Positions 11,949-24,460 are shown, counted from the stretch's first letter. The stretch is DNA of 63,721 nt from Fonticula alba ATCC 38817 (GCA_000388065.2 KB932204.1); one strand, 5' to 3'. Translations and numbers: made by a program. Notes: generated from the letters alone by a model not told the origin.

Positions 11949-12520
11949 GCACCCATCCATGCTTTCCCCCTCCTTGTTTCAGATCCCAGACGGCCCCCTT
12001 TTCTCTGCTCCTTGCGGTCGGGACGCGAAAGGCATGCTCACGCAATCGCTCCCATGCCCCCGTGTCCATCGCTCAAGGGGAGGTGCCCAGAACCACCATT
12101 GTATCATATTCTCCCCCCTGCGGCGGGGTCTTACTGTCTTGGATAGGACATTTTCGCCCCCGCTTCTACAGTTCCCCTCCCTTCCCCCCCCCCCTCTCTC
12201 TCTCTCCTTTCCACTCTGTTCTCCAGTGTCCCTGCCCTTGCTCCGGCATTTGTCTCATTTATCTTCTCAGGAGGGAATGTAGCAAGCATGAGCAATGCTC
12301 ATATGTATGTCTATATGTATCTTCCCCTCTCTCTCTCTCTCTGTGTGTATGTGTGTGTGTCTGTGTGTATGCGCGTGTTTGCACGTTGATGCAGGTCTTC
12401 TCGCCTTGACGAGTCATTTGTCCACCGCCTCTCGGCGACGTGAGCATCCTCTCTGCACACGTGTGTGCGCGCGTGTGTGCCGATGCACGCCTATGCACCA
12501 TGTCCCTTCCCCTCCCCGCA

Positions 12521-12551
<31 letters not shown>

Positions 12552-12635
12552 CTCTTCACAATATAGCAATAGCGATGCGTCTTCATCTATTTTCCGATCT
12601 CCCTTTATCCTTCTCCCTCTTTCCCCCTGTGTGTC

Positions 12636-13427
12636 CTACTCATTCACCGGAGCCGGCCCAGCGGTCCAATACTGCGGGCCGTAATCGGCGAAAAGCTCCT
12701 CCCCGGGCTGGATATCACGCAGGGTAATTACCTCAGCCAAGAGGAGGTGCGGGCGTCGGCGCCACGCCACATTCCGTCGGTCGGCGCGCGAACTGTGGTT
12801 GATATACCGGGCAGGCATGGACTGTAGCAGTGGCCCAGCATCGACCCAAGGTGGGGCGGCGCCGGCGTTGATGCCGGTTTCTGGATCGGCCAGCTCCATG
12901 GTGAACGCAAGGCATTGGTCCCAATCCGGCTGGTTGGACCGGTGGATGGCCTGGGATCCGCGACCCGGCAAAGGAAGCAGGAGGATGTCAGTGCAAGGGT
13001 CAGGAAACTGGAGATCAAGCGCAACGCGGCAGTGGCAGCGACAGGGTGCCCTTAGGTTGCAGATGTCTCTGCGAGTCGGAACGGGGGGAAGGGGGGGGGG
13101 GGGGGGGGGGGGGGGGGGGAGGCGGCATACCCATTCGGTCGGCAGGATGCCACCGTAGACTGCGATCACTTGGCCAGCTGGCAGGCGGCGTGCCGCAAAA
13201 AGACCCAGGCCCACCTCCGGGCCGAGGGTCGACCTGGTCACATAGAGCCCGGTGGCTCGAACGAAGCGGGGATGATTCAGCCGCAAGTCAGCCAGGCAGC
13301 TCGGGCTGACGGGCAGGTCGGCCGGGTAGCTGGCCGTGCCCGCATCCACCGGCTCGCCGGCTGCCGGCAAAGTGACATACGGATCAGTCAGGCGGTCAGG
13401 CGTATCACAGGGAGGGATTGCTGACAT
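12636..13427 (-). CDS. Small stand-alone SET-domain lysine methyltransferase
   Basis: SET motifs GLGLFAARRLPAGQVIAVYGG, ARYINHS and DIQPGEELFADYGPQYW. Likely 180-nt in-frame GT-AG intron at 12951-13130 containing a poly-C tract. The start codon at 13427 is a best guess. Confidence 0.85.
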   Translation of the reverse strand: MSAIPPCDTPDRLTDPYVTLPAAGEPVDAGTASYPADLPVSPSCLADLRLNHPRFVRATGLYVTRSTLGPEVGLGLFAARRLPAGQVIAVYGGILPTEWVCRLPPPPPPPPPLPPVPTRRDICNLRAPCRCHCRVALDLQFPDPCTDILLLPLPGRGSQAIHRSNQPDWDQCLAFTMELADPETGINAGAAPPWVDAGPLLQSMPARYINHSSRADRRNVAWRRRPHLLLAEVITLRDIQPGEELFADYGPQYWTAGPAPVNE

Positions 13428-14091
13428 GGCGCTGGGCTGTGCAACGGCGAGGGCGAGGAGGATGTCACCGAGAGGCAAGGAGGAAGGCGGGGCATCACTC
13501 AGGCGGGGAGATATCCTGCCTGGATGGGCCCGATCAAGGTGAGCATCATCCTCTTTGGGAGAAGGCTCCAAGTCGGGCCGGAGCCCGTCGCTGCTCGGGC
13601 TGGGCAAGATCCTCCCCCCCCCCCTGCTCTGCTTGCTGCTTGGGTCCTTCGGATGCTGTGGAGGGCGGGTGGAGTGGAGCAGGATTCTCGGGATTGTTAG
13701 GCACCAACGGACGACCACAGCTTGGAGAAGGGAGCCGAGGCGCCAATCACACGATCCGGTCACACTGGTACGTTTCGGCCGAATGCGTTGGCATTCCTCC
13801 GGTTGGATGCCCACGCTTGGGCTAGCTTTCCCGCCTTCCTGTGGTTATTGCAGGTCTCTTTTTTTTTTTTTCGGCCCCCGCAGCCCAACTTGGGCCCGGC
13901 TCCCGGGGGGATCTACACCGCCCGTTTTCACTAGCGCCCGCTTTCCTCCTTCTCCTCTCCTTTACTCTCTGCGCCCGTGCTGCTCTCTGCCGGCTCCCCG
14001 CCCCCCCTCCCTCCCTCCCTCCCTCCCCCTCCCGCTTGGCTCTCCTGTCACCCCGAAATTCAGCCTCGTCTCGTGCGACCGGCCTCCGCTG
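13428..14091. promoter_or_regulatory. Putative bidirectional promoter region between the SET gene and CDC73
   Basis: The two start codons are head-to-head about 660 bp apart. No specific element was identified; this is positional inference only. Confidence 0.3.
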
Positions 14092-16196
14092 ATGTCCACG
14101 GCTTCCGCCAGCACCACCCCCGCGGCTCCCGCGGATGCCGGTGTCGCCAGCTCCTCGGCGTCGGTCGACGTGGCGGCCCTCCTCCGGGAGATCACCATGC
14201 GTGGAGAACGCGCCCGACTGGAGGGAGACCTGCTCGTCTTCCCAGCCTCAGCATCGCCGGATGGGCGGGAATTGTCCTTCCCCCGAGCCATGCCGACCAA
14301 CTTCCGGCGTCTGTTCGGCCAGCAGGACCCCTACCCCCTGGATGTGGTGTGGTTCCTGCTGGAGCATCGGGCCACAGATACGGTGACTTACACCAATGAG
14401 GCCAAGGTGGCCGGCTTTTCCACGGTTTTCCTGGTCGACCGGACCGACATCACCAAGTACCTGACCGGGGCCAGTGAGGTGGCCGTTTGCATGTCGGCCG
14501 GGCCGGCTGGAGCTGGGGCTGCTGGCGCTGGCGGCCGCCTCGCTGGTCAGGCTGACACCGGCCCGGCTGCCCTGAAGCGCCGTCGTCATGAGTGCGTCTT
14601 TGCCCCTGCTGCCACCGGGCCTGCAGTTTTGGATGTTGCCTCCTTCCCGTCTGACCTCGCCCTCCCCGCCATGTGCGCCGTCTGCGTGTGTGTGTGTGTG
14701 TGTCTGTATGTGTGTGTGTGTGCCCTTTCCCTCCTGCTCGTCTATTTGCCCGACTTCCCCCCCCCCCTGCCTCACAGCGAGTCCGGCATGTCGGTCCCTT
14801 CGGGCGCGGCCTTCGACTACGGTGATCCGCATGGCCTCGAGCGGGTCTTTGTCAATCGTCACAATTACCTGCTGTCGGATTCAACCGGGGTGTGTTCCAG
14901 CCCTTCGGCAAACCTGAGCACCGGCCGACATATTCTAACCTTTCTGCCCCGCCCGGCCTCTTCTCCTGGCAGTCGTTCGAATCGGTGCAGCAGGTTCTCA
15001 AGAGCCTGGATAGTCAGGCTAAGCAATCGGCCGCGGCCGCTGGATCGCGGCATCCAAGTGCACTTGCCGGGGCCGCTGGGCGCACCGGCAGCAAGGCCCC
15101 TGGCGCCCGGCCCGTGGCGGGCGGCTCTTCCGCCACGGCAAGCGGGGCTCCTGGCTCCGGGCGGAGTCGCTCCTCGGGGCACCCGGTGGCCAGGGATTTG
15201 GCCGGATCCGGCAACTGGCCAGCTGACAATACCTTCATCATTGTGGTTCCCTCTGGCACGTCCGCGCTCCTGACCTTGCAGAACATCAAGCCCTTCTTCA
15301 CAGAGAGCAAGTGCGTTTCCCTCTGCCCTGAGCTGCTGTCGCTGCTGCTGCTGCTGCTGTCGCTGCTGCTGTTGCTGCTGTTGCTGCTGTTGCTTTTTTC
15401 TCTCACTTTCCTCCTCGCCCGCCTCCCTTCGGGGGTCCTGGGGGCCGACCGCGACTGACCACCCCACTTGAGCAGGTACATCCCGCATACGGCCATCCCG
15501 CGATCGGAGATCCAGCGCGGCTCCTTCAAGGTCGAGCGCACTCTCGGCCCAGGCGTACGGCCTGGCGCTGCGGGGGCTGCGGGCCCTGGCAATGCTCCGG
15601 GCGCCGCTGGCGGCCGCACTGTGACATTCATCTTCAAGGACAACCCCCAGCCTGGGGACTGGTGCGTCATGCGATCTTCCTTCCCCTTTCCGATGAAGCC
15701 ATTCTCGGCTGGCTGACGCTCCTTTTTGTTGCCCGGCCGCACTCTCTTTCCCTGTCCCTTTCCCTGTCCCTTTCCCTGCCTCTCTGCTCCGGTGATTGGT
15801 CGCTCCAGGGACAAGGTCATCTGTGTGATTGCCAATGGCAAGGAGTGGCAGTGGCGAACGTGGCCCGCCGGCTGGAACACCCCAGCCGACATTTTCAACC
15901 GCTGTGCGTCTTTGCTTGCAAATGCGCATGTGCTTCTTGCTTTTCCCCCTTTCTCCTGCCACCCTCTCTCTCTGCCCCCTCCTCTTGGTGCTTCCGCTGA
16001 CGCATGCGCCCATTCAGCCCTTGGTCTGTACTTCAACAATGCGGGCACCCAGTTGGACGACAACTTGAAGCGCTGGAACCTGAAGGTCCTTCAGGTGGAG
16101 CGTCCATCCGGGTCGGGGCAGCAGATGTCCAACCCCGGCTCCAACCTTGTCCCCCGATTCTGGGAGTTGATTGATGGTGCTCTGATGCGGCGGTGA
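14092..16196 (+). CDS. CDC73: CDC73/parafibromin, Paf1 complex subunit; multi-exon
   Basis: N-domain PTNFRR...YPLDVVWFLL...VFLVDRTDITKYLTG. C-domain FIIVVPSGTSALLTLQNIKPFFTESKY...DWDKVICVIANGKEWQWRTW...PADIF...RWNLKVLQVER...RFWELID. Introns are GT-AG. Confidence 0.9.
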
Positions 16197-16538
16197 CGTG
16201 TGTGTGTGTGTGTGTGTGTGTCTACATGCATGTGTGCGCGTGCTCACGACTTTCCTCTTGTTTTTCTCCTCCTCTTCCTCCTCCTTCTTCCCCCCGTCCG
16301 GCCTGCCAGCCGCATGGCCTTCTCCCACGTCTCCTGGTCCTTCTGGCATTTGCCTGGCCATCCCTTGCATGAATGGCGCTTGTTAGGGGCACGACCTCCC
16401 GTGAATACAAATACGAACACACTTGGCCAGAGTCGAGCACAACAGCATACACACGCGCGCACAGTCACATTATCACATATGAGTAAAAAAATGATGAGGG
16501 GGGGGGGGGGGGGGGGGAGGGGAGAGCATAGCCGTATA

Positions 16539-19500
16539 TTACCGTGCACCAAGCCCTGTCGAGCCTTGTCCAGGGCCAGCCCGTCGTAGCAGGGATGCCA
16601 TGAGGAGTGCAGGGCTGGCCGCGGAGACTGCCGAGGTGGCTGACGCTGCTGGAGTCGCTTGGGCTGCAGGGGCAACCGGCTGCGAGGTGGCAGCCGGCAT
16701 GGCAGCCGGACGATGCGGGGCCGATTCTGGCGAGGGAGGAAAAATGCAAAATGAGTGTCTGCAAAAAGAGGCAGATGGAGGACAGGCAGGAGGCGAGGCA
16801 AGGCCAAGGGCGCGTGAAAAGGGAGGGTACATACCTGAGCCGGTCGGGCGATCCATGATGATGAGCGTTCCGGAGGAGGGGAGCATCCCGGGACGCCGCA
16901 GGGCGGCCGCCGGTCCGGGCGGGACCGGGCGCCGGGCAGTGGCCAGAGCTGACGCCGGCATCGGGACCAATGCCACGCACGTGGATCCAACATAGCCTGG
17001 GGTGTCCGAGCAGTGGGACGAATCCAACTTCTGCCCGGGCAGCGATGACTGCCAGGGGATGGCGAACTTGTCATCATCGCCATCATCATCATCATCGCCA
17101 TCATCATCATCATCGTCATCATCATCATCATCACCGCCACCACCGTGGCCCAGCTCGGGGTCTCCCTCCGCCGAGAAAGAGGCAGAGGCGGCGGGGCCGG
17201 TGGCCGGGGCGGCGGCCTTGTGAAGAAGACGCCGCGCGGCATCCACCGCTCCGGTGGTCGGTCGCAGGACGCAAATATGCCCGCAGCCCGAGGGACAGGA
17301 CACAAATCGAGCATACCACCGGCGCGAGCAGTGCACATGTGCCCCATGCCCGCAGCCCATGCACCAAGACGCCAGGCCGCCAATCGGGTCTCGGCAGACG
17401 CTGCACCTGGCCGGGGCCTGGCGGCAGCGGGCGCACAAACGCCGACGGGCCCGGTGACCAGCTCGAACATCCCCCAGAGGGATGCCCGAGGTTTCCAAAA
17501 CCGCCGCCGTCGGGGAAATGCTGGCCAGGCAATGTGAGCAGCCCACCTGCACAGAGGTGAATTGCTGGGACAGCTGGCTGACCGCCGGCAGGGGGGCAGT
17601 CCTGATGAGGCTGGCTGCGGTGACATGTTTGCGGAAGCGCCGCAAAAGGTCCACATACGCCAGGAGCCATTGCTCCAGACGGGCTGGCGGGGCAACTTGC
17701 GCCAGCACCGGGGCCGGGGCATGGCGCAATAGCAAGACCACCGTGGCGCACATTTGCACATGGCCAAGCTCCGTGTAGAGGTCGAGCATGCGCAGCAGGG
17801 CAGACTTGGCGAAGGCCGGCACAGCAAGGGTGCAGCGTGACACCAGGGACTCACCATCCCCGGTCGGGATGTCGGCACCGGTGGCATTGGTCGGGCCACG
17901 GCCATCGGCAATGTGCAGCATGGCGGCCGTGATGGAACCCAGAGGGTCCAGGGAGATTGGCCGCTCGGGCATCGGTGATGCAGGGCCCCGACCCGGACGC
18001 CAAAGCAAGGGCTGGGTCCCATGCACCCAAGGCAGGACCGGGGGCAGGGTGTGTCAGGGTGAAGGGGCCACGGTTGGGGGCAGAGAAAGTGGCACCCGTG
18101 AGGCGAGCTCAAATGGGGGGATGGGGGGATGGGGGAAACAGAAACACAAAGAGAGGCACAGGGAGGGAGGGAAGAAAGGGGGGGGGGGCAGCGAGCGCGA
18201 AAAAGCACGAAGGGGGATACAACGCACGGTGTCAGGCACATTAGATTGGCCATGTGCCGGGGGTCTGTCCTCCGGGAGGGTGTCATGAGGGCAAGAAATG
18301 CCGGCGCCAAAGATGCGGAACCCGGCACCGGGAGCCGCCATACGCGCTGGAGGCCCCGGTCTTCCCCTACTGCCCGGTGAAGGGGGGAAGACAATCACCT
18401 GCGGCGGGCCGTCGAGGGAAGATCGATCCGATCCCGGGGCCACATATTGCAACTGGCCATCGGCCGGGAGCTCGGCGTGGTCAGCGGCCGCGCCCGAGGG
18501 GCAACCGATGACATTGCAGTTGGCAGCCGCCGCAATGCCTCCAGCACACATGTGCCCTCGGGACAGGGTGGCATCCAGCGCGCGAATTGACAGCCCCGCC
18601 CCGGAAAGCATTGCATCGCGCCGGGCCCGCCGGGCCAAGGCAACTGCCTGCGTCTGCTGGGCGGACTCCCCGGCAGGGGGATCGGCCAGAGGGAATAGGG
18701 TCTGCTCTGCGCCCGACCAAGCCAACAGAGGTGTGGCCTCTTCCGGGCCCGATAGCGTGGACGGAGTCAAGCTGGGCACTCGGGAAAAGATTTCGGCCAG
18801 CAGCCGCCAATTGGCCGCCACATGCGCCGGCTCACGGGCCTCCTCAGCCAGGCGGGCATTCCACTCGAGGGCCTGGGAGAGGGTGCGTGGCCCGGTCGTC
18901 AAAGCCCCGTCCAGGCTGATGATGTAGGCATCCGCCAGGTGGCAGAAAGTCCGCCAGTCGAAGGTCCACGTCGGCAAGATGGCACCCAGTTGGGGCATCA
19001 TCTCGTGGGCGGATTTCCGGACGACCACCCGCCGGGCTGGCAAATGCGCCGGAGTCAAGCGCCTCTGCACGTTGCGGGCGGGGGGGGGGGGGGGGGGGGG
19101 GGGAATGCATGGCAAAGCAGAAGGTCAGAGGCAGGTGAGTGATGTGCTCCGATCGCGGCAGGCAAGCGCACATGGGGAAGGGAGCCATTGGCTGCCGGAT
19201 GCAGACCCTCCGAGTCGGGCATCGAGTGGCTCGACTCATTGAGGGCCCCGCTCAGAAGGAGATGTGTTTCGGAGATGAACTCCGCCACATATTCCGACGC
19301 GTAGCCAGTCCTGTGCCCGAGGAGTAGAGGGGCGGCGGGAGGGGGGGGGGGCGGGGGAGGCGCGCGGGGAGCACAGATATGTAGGTGAGTTGAGGGTGAA
19401 GGGGAGAGGCAGCATCAGCAGACGGGCTCTTGAGGATGGATGAACACACTCGTAGAAGGCATCATCACGCGCGGCAGCCCGGTCCAGATCCAGGAAGGAG

Positions 19501-22500
19501 GACGCCCGGCTGAGTGTGGGTGCCGGGCCTGGGGCCGGATCCAGCAGCGACCGGAGCCGGGGGTCAAACTCCTCACCCATGGCGTCGCCAAGATCCGGCG
19601 AGCCAGGGGGCCCCGCCGCCCCGCGGACACTGGGCTGTGTGCGGCCCCGAGCCGGAGACAGGGTATTGCCCGCGGTCCCGGCATTGTTGGGTGGCGAGGC
19701 GGATGTCGAGTGGCGCTCAGTGGGAGAAGGCGGGGCCGACAGGCTCAGAGAGGCCGAGCTGTATGTATCATCCAGGGCCGAGTCAAACAGGCTGTCGGAG
19801 GAGGAGTATGCTTGACCCCCGCGTGGATAGAGGGAGGTCCCATGGCGGTGCCCGGCACCGTGAAGCAGGCCGTCCGGCAGCGGGGGCGCCGGCGGGGGGC
19901 CCCCGCTGCCGGGGCCAGCCACCGGCGTCGATCCGGGAAACTCACCGAGCAATGGCCCGAGCAATGTGGACGCCGGGATGGACAGCCCGGTGTCCAGCAG
20001 GCTGCGATCTCCCTCGGCCGCTGGCCCAAGAGAGAAGAGGCTCCCGTCGGCGGCCCACGAGAGCGAGGCCGGTGACAGGGAGTCGGGGATACAAATGCCA
20101 TCTGTGTTTGCGTGAAGGGGGAAGGAGATATTTCCGCCCATGCGAGTGTGTGTGTGTGTGTGTGTGTGAGCGTGTGCGCGCGCGTTTCGCCCATCCCCAA
20201 ATGGACAAACACGCATGACGGAAACAGACTATGGGTCAGAGCGAGAGGGAGACAGGAAGAGGAGGTACGAAAGAAGGAGGTACGCACAAGTGGCCATGGG
20301 TAGCCGGCAGAAGATGCCGTCTTTGCCACAGGACCACATGGAGTCGCCCTCGTCGCCCATCCAGATGTCGGTCGGCTGGTCCTTGTGCGCGCGAACGGCA
20401 TACAAGGGAAGAAGAGGCCGGCGGACATCCCACACATAGACCTCCTGGTTGCCAGAGAGCGAGCAGGAAGCCACTTGCAATGTCGGGATGTCCGGGTCTT
20501 CATAGAGCTGCGGCCGGACCTGGTCAATCCATTCCGACTGGATGTTCGACTGGCGGAAGGTGACGCGAGCCGTATCTGACACTTGGGGGAAGGAGTAGCG
20601 GCAGGTCTCGGTATTGACATCCCAGATCTTTTTTTTTTTTTTTTTTCACCCATACAGATCTCATCCACAGGTCAGGAACCGGGACTCCCAGTTGCCAAGT
20701 GAGGGGNNNNNNNNNNNNNNNNNNNNNNNNNNNNNNNNNNNNNNNNNNNNNNNNNNNNNNNNNNNNNNNNNNNNNNNNNNNNNNNNNNNNNNNNNNNNNN
20801 NNNNNNNNNNNNNNNNNNNNNNNNNNNNNNNNNNNNNNNNNNNNNNNNNNNNNNNNNNNNNNNNNNNNNNNNNNNNNNNNNNNNNNNNNNNNNNNNNNNN
20901 NNNNNNNNNNNNNNNNNNNNNNNNNNNNNNNNNNNNNNNNNNNNNNNNNNNNNNNNNNNNNNNNNNNNNNNNNNNNNNNNNNNNNNNNNNNNNNNNNNNN
21001 NNNNNNNNNNNNNNNNNNNNNNNNNNNNNGGGGGGGGGGGGGCATTGTCCGGGTCAGTGGGTGGATGCGTGCCAGGGGGTACACAAAGAGATTACCGAGA
21101 GGAGCGGAAGGCATGAGGAAAAGGGCACACATGGGAATTGGCGCACGGTAATTCGGACCCCAGCTCACATCGGTGAAGGATGCCGTCAGGTCGTTGGTGA
21201 TCGAGGCGAAGTCAATTTGCAGACCGCGCGTGGAGAGGCCGCTTGCCGGGGCACCACTCCCGCCGACAGAAGACAGGTTCCCAATGCTGGAATTGACCGA
21301 GGCCGTCCCGCCGGTGGTCGAGGACGAGGGGGTCGAGGATTTGGGGTTCGGCGACCATACCATGTCCCCGGCGGCGGAGGAGGCATCGTCATAATGGGAG
21401 TCCGATCCCTCCCGACGATGGTGATGGTGATGGTGATGATGGTGGTGGTGGTGATGGTGATGCGAGTGCGAGTGCGAGTGCGAATGTTGGCCGGCCATCG
21501 ACAGATCAGGAGTCGATGGCTCCTCATCGGAAAGGTTTTGGAAGGCCTTCATGTCGTGGATGCGCAGGACTGGGCGTGTGTAAGTATGTATGGTTGTATG
21601 TGTGTGTGTGTGTGTGTGAATGCAGACACAGAGGGGGAAGCATAAACAAGAAAAAGGTCAGTGTAAAGCAGGCTAGGTGCCGGGACAAAGCATTGCCAAC
21701 TCTGCAAAACGCACCGCCGCGGCCGGCAATGACCACACGAGAGCGATCCGGGGAGGCAGAGAAGCTCGAAAGCGATTCGCTAGGGGGACAGGCGTGAGAA
21801 AGAGCGAGCCAGGAACTTGGCAGAGGCAAAAGAGCCGTATCTGACACTTGGGGGAAGGAGTAGCGGCAGGTCTCGGTATTGACATCCCAGATCTTTTTTT
21901 TTTTTTTTTTTTACCCATACAGATCTCATCCACAGGTCAGGAACCGGGACTCCCAGTTGCCAAGTGAGGGGTGGCCCGGGCGCACCTTGATCGTTCGGTC
22001 TTGGGCGCCGCTCACCAAGAAGCGCCCACTCTGGTGCCAGTCAATCGACAGAACCTCCTTTGTGTGGGCGCCCTTCATCCGGCGAAGCGGGCGCCGGGGA
22101 TTGCGCAGATCCCACAGCATGATGGAGCCATCGGAATGGCAAGAGGCAAACTCGGTGTCCACTTGGGCACAATAGTCGCCCGCCGGTCGGAGGGAAATAT
22201 CCCGCGACCAAGTTGATGCCGGTGGTCGGAAGATGGCTGCGGGGGCCCGAAAGTTGCGGATATCCTACGTGCATGGGGCCGACAGCGCGACAAAGATGGC
22301 GGTACCAATCGAAGCAAAGAGCGAGGAGGAGCAGGAGGAGGGCGGGGGAGGCAGACGGGGTTGGGAAGAGGGCAGGATGAGAGACAGAGAGAGGGAGAAA
22401 GAGAACAGGGCCAAAGAGTGAGGGAAACAGAGCGACAAAGGGAGAGAAAGAGGCGGAGGGGGGGGGGGGCAGGGGAGTATGTACCGTTACGCGAATGGTC

Positions 22501-24460
22501 CCGTCATGGTGGGCCGTGAGGAGGGAATTCTGCTCGCGGAAGAAGAAAACCCGATAGACCGATCGGTTTGACGCGTAAGAGGCTGGACTGACTGGTCAGA
22601 TGGTGTTTGGGGGGAGAAGAATGAAACTCGGTGGGGNNNNNNNNNNNNNNNNNNNNNNNNNNNNNNNNNNNNNNNNNNNNNNNNNNNNNNNNNNNNNNNN
22701 NNNNNNNNNNNNNNNNNNNNNNNNNNNNNNNNNNNNNNNNNNNNNNNNNNNNNNNNNNNNNNNNNNNNNNNNNNNNNNNNNNNNNNACGAGAGCGATCCG
22801 GGGAGGCAGAGAAGCTCGAAAGCGATTCGCTAGGGGGACAGGCGTGAGAAAGAGCGAGCCAGGAACTTGGCAGAGGCAAAAAGGCAGGTGATGGGTCATC
22901 TTTGACGGCGCACCGGTTAGCCAACTCAATGTGCACCGGCCAGCGCGCCGGCCGCTGGGCCCAGAGAAGCAGCTCGTCTTCCATCTGGACCATGTCCATG
23001 ACGATGTCCGAGGTGGACAAGAGCGAGCTGCGCTGATGGCGCAGCGGCCGCACCCCCCAGGTGCCCTGACTGGTGTGGGTGGAGCCCGCGCGCGAGTGTT
23101 GCAGATTCCCGCCGATGCCGGCGCCGCTGCTGGGCCCGCGAATGCCGGGCCCGGGGTCGTGCTCGGACGTGGTGGAGTACCGCGAGACGCCGGAGGCCCC
23201 GGTCACCACCGATATATTGGTCACGCCGGAGAGGCCGGAAATGTTCGACCGACCAGAGGCGCTGAGCCGATCGAAGAGAACCCCGGTGCCGGGGTGGTCC
23301 TTGGGAAGGGGATCGCCCGGGCCAGCGAGCGGGGTAGTGGCGGTCGGAACCGGGCCTGGGCCCGGGGCCGGAGTCGGCCAAAGGAAAGGCCCGGGACTGG
23401 GAACCACTCCGGGAGTTGGACCGGTGAAGCCGGACAACGTCGGCGGCGAGGAGGAATAAAAATGCTCCCCCTGGGCCGGGGCTCCCCCGGGGCCAGCGTT
23501 GTTGGAGCCGGCTCCAGGGCCCGGCCAGCCACGCAGGCTCACTTCCACTCTCGGGCCCTGTGGCGAGGAGGAATATGGGGGGATGGACAAAAGCGGCGGC
23601 GATCCGGATCCCGGCGGCCCGACAAGCCCCGGCGTGTGGGTATTCGGCGAGGAGGACAGCATCCCCACCTTGGGATTGCCGGGGACCCCTGGGGCCGGGC
23701 CTGTGCCGGTTGGAATCCCCATCAAGGAGGGCGATCCCGAGGGCGAAAGATGGCCAAAGCCCCCGGGGGGGCCGGGGAGAATGTTCGGCTGGCGCGGTGC
23801 TCCGGACGAGGTGGCGGCTGCGGCTGCAGCCGCCAACGTAAAGAAGTCCGCCTCCGGGCGATCCGGCCCGGTGACAGTGGCTTGCAATTGGGCGAGATCG
23901 GTGAGGGAGTTCGTGGACATGGAGCGCAGGGTTCCGGGGTCCACCAGGGGCCCAAGCCCCGGGCGTTGAATGGGCCCGGCCCCGCCGCCGCCAATGCCGC
24001 TGAGCCCGAGCCCCAGGCCAAGACCCAGCTCGAAGGCCGGATTCACCACCGCACCCGAGGCAGGAGGCGGGTCGGGAAGAGGCTGCCCGGAGGAGTTACC
24101 CGGCCCGACATGGCCGCTTGAACCGCCGGAGGAGGTGATGCTCCCCATTTGCGGGGAGGTGGGGGTTGAGAGAGATGAATACCCGGCATAGGCATAGGTC
24201 GATTGGGCGGAGCCGAGGCCGAGGAAGCTCGGCTTGACGCCAGGATCAGCCGAGGAGCCGACAGTGCTGGGAGCCGTCGGGGCCACTCCGCCGGGGGCTG
24301 CGGGCGAGTGAATCGACAGCCATGGCCGGGAGGAGGGGACCTGTCCGGCGGCCGGGGTCTCAGATGGGCGCTGTGCTGGCGGCGGGCCACGAGCGTCCGC
24401 GACCGGAGGGCGTGCATGTCGCCGAGCCCCGCGCCCGCCACCATGAGGTGGCTGACTCAT
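16539..24460 (-). CDS. WDR24: GATOR2/SEA complex subunit WDR24 (Sea2/Rtc1): WD40 repeats plus C-terminal RING; locally misassembled
   Basis: WD segments SPDRSRVVIAGRG, NRSVYRVFF..SLLTAHHDGTIRVT, FASCHSDGSIMLWDLRNP..AHTKEVLSIDWHQSGRFLVSGAQDRTIK and VYVWDVRRPLLP..H. Also LGHVQMCATVVLLL, EQWLLAYVDLLRRF and the RING CSVCRDPIGGLASWCMGCGHG.H...CPSGCGHIC, which is of the WDR24 type. Two gaps interrupt it; the start at 24460 is a best guess. Confidence 0.85.
20567..20706. repeat. About 140-bp segment duplicated at 21832-21971
   Basis: Copies are identical except at the end of the poly-T run (T18C versus T19). This copy abuts an N gap. Confidence 0.9.
21737..21831. repeat. 95-bp segment duplicated at 22787-22881
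   Basis: Identical sequence ACGAGAGCGATCC...CAGAGGCAAAA. The second copy abuts an N gap. Confidence 0.9.
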
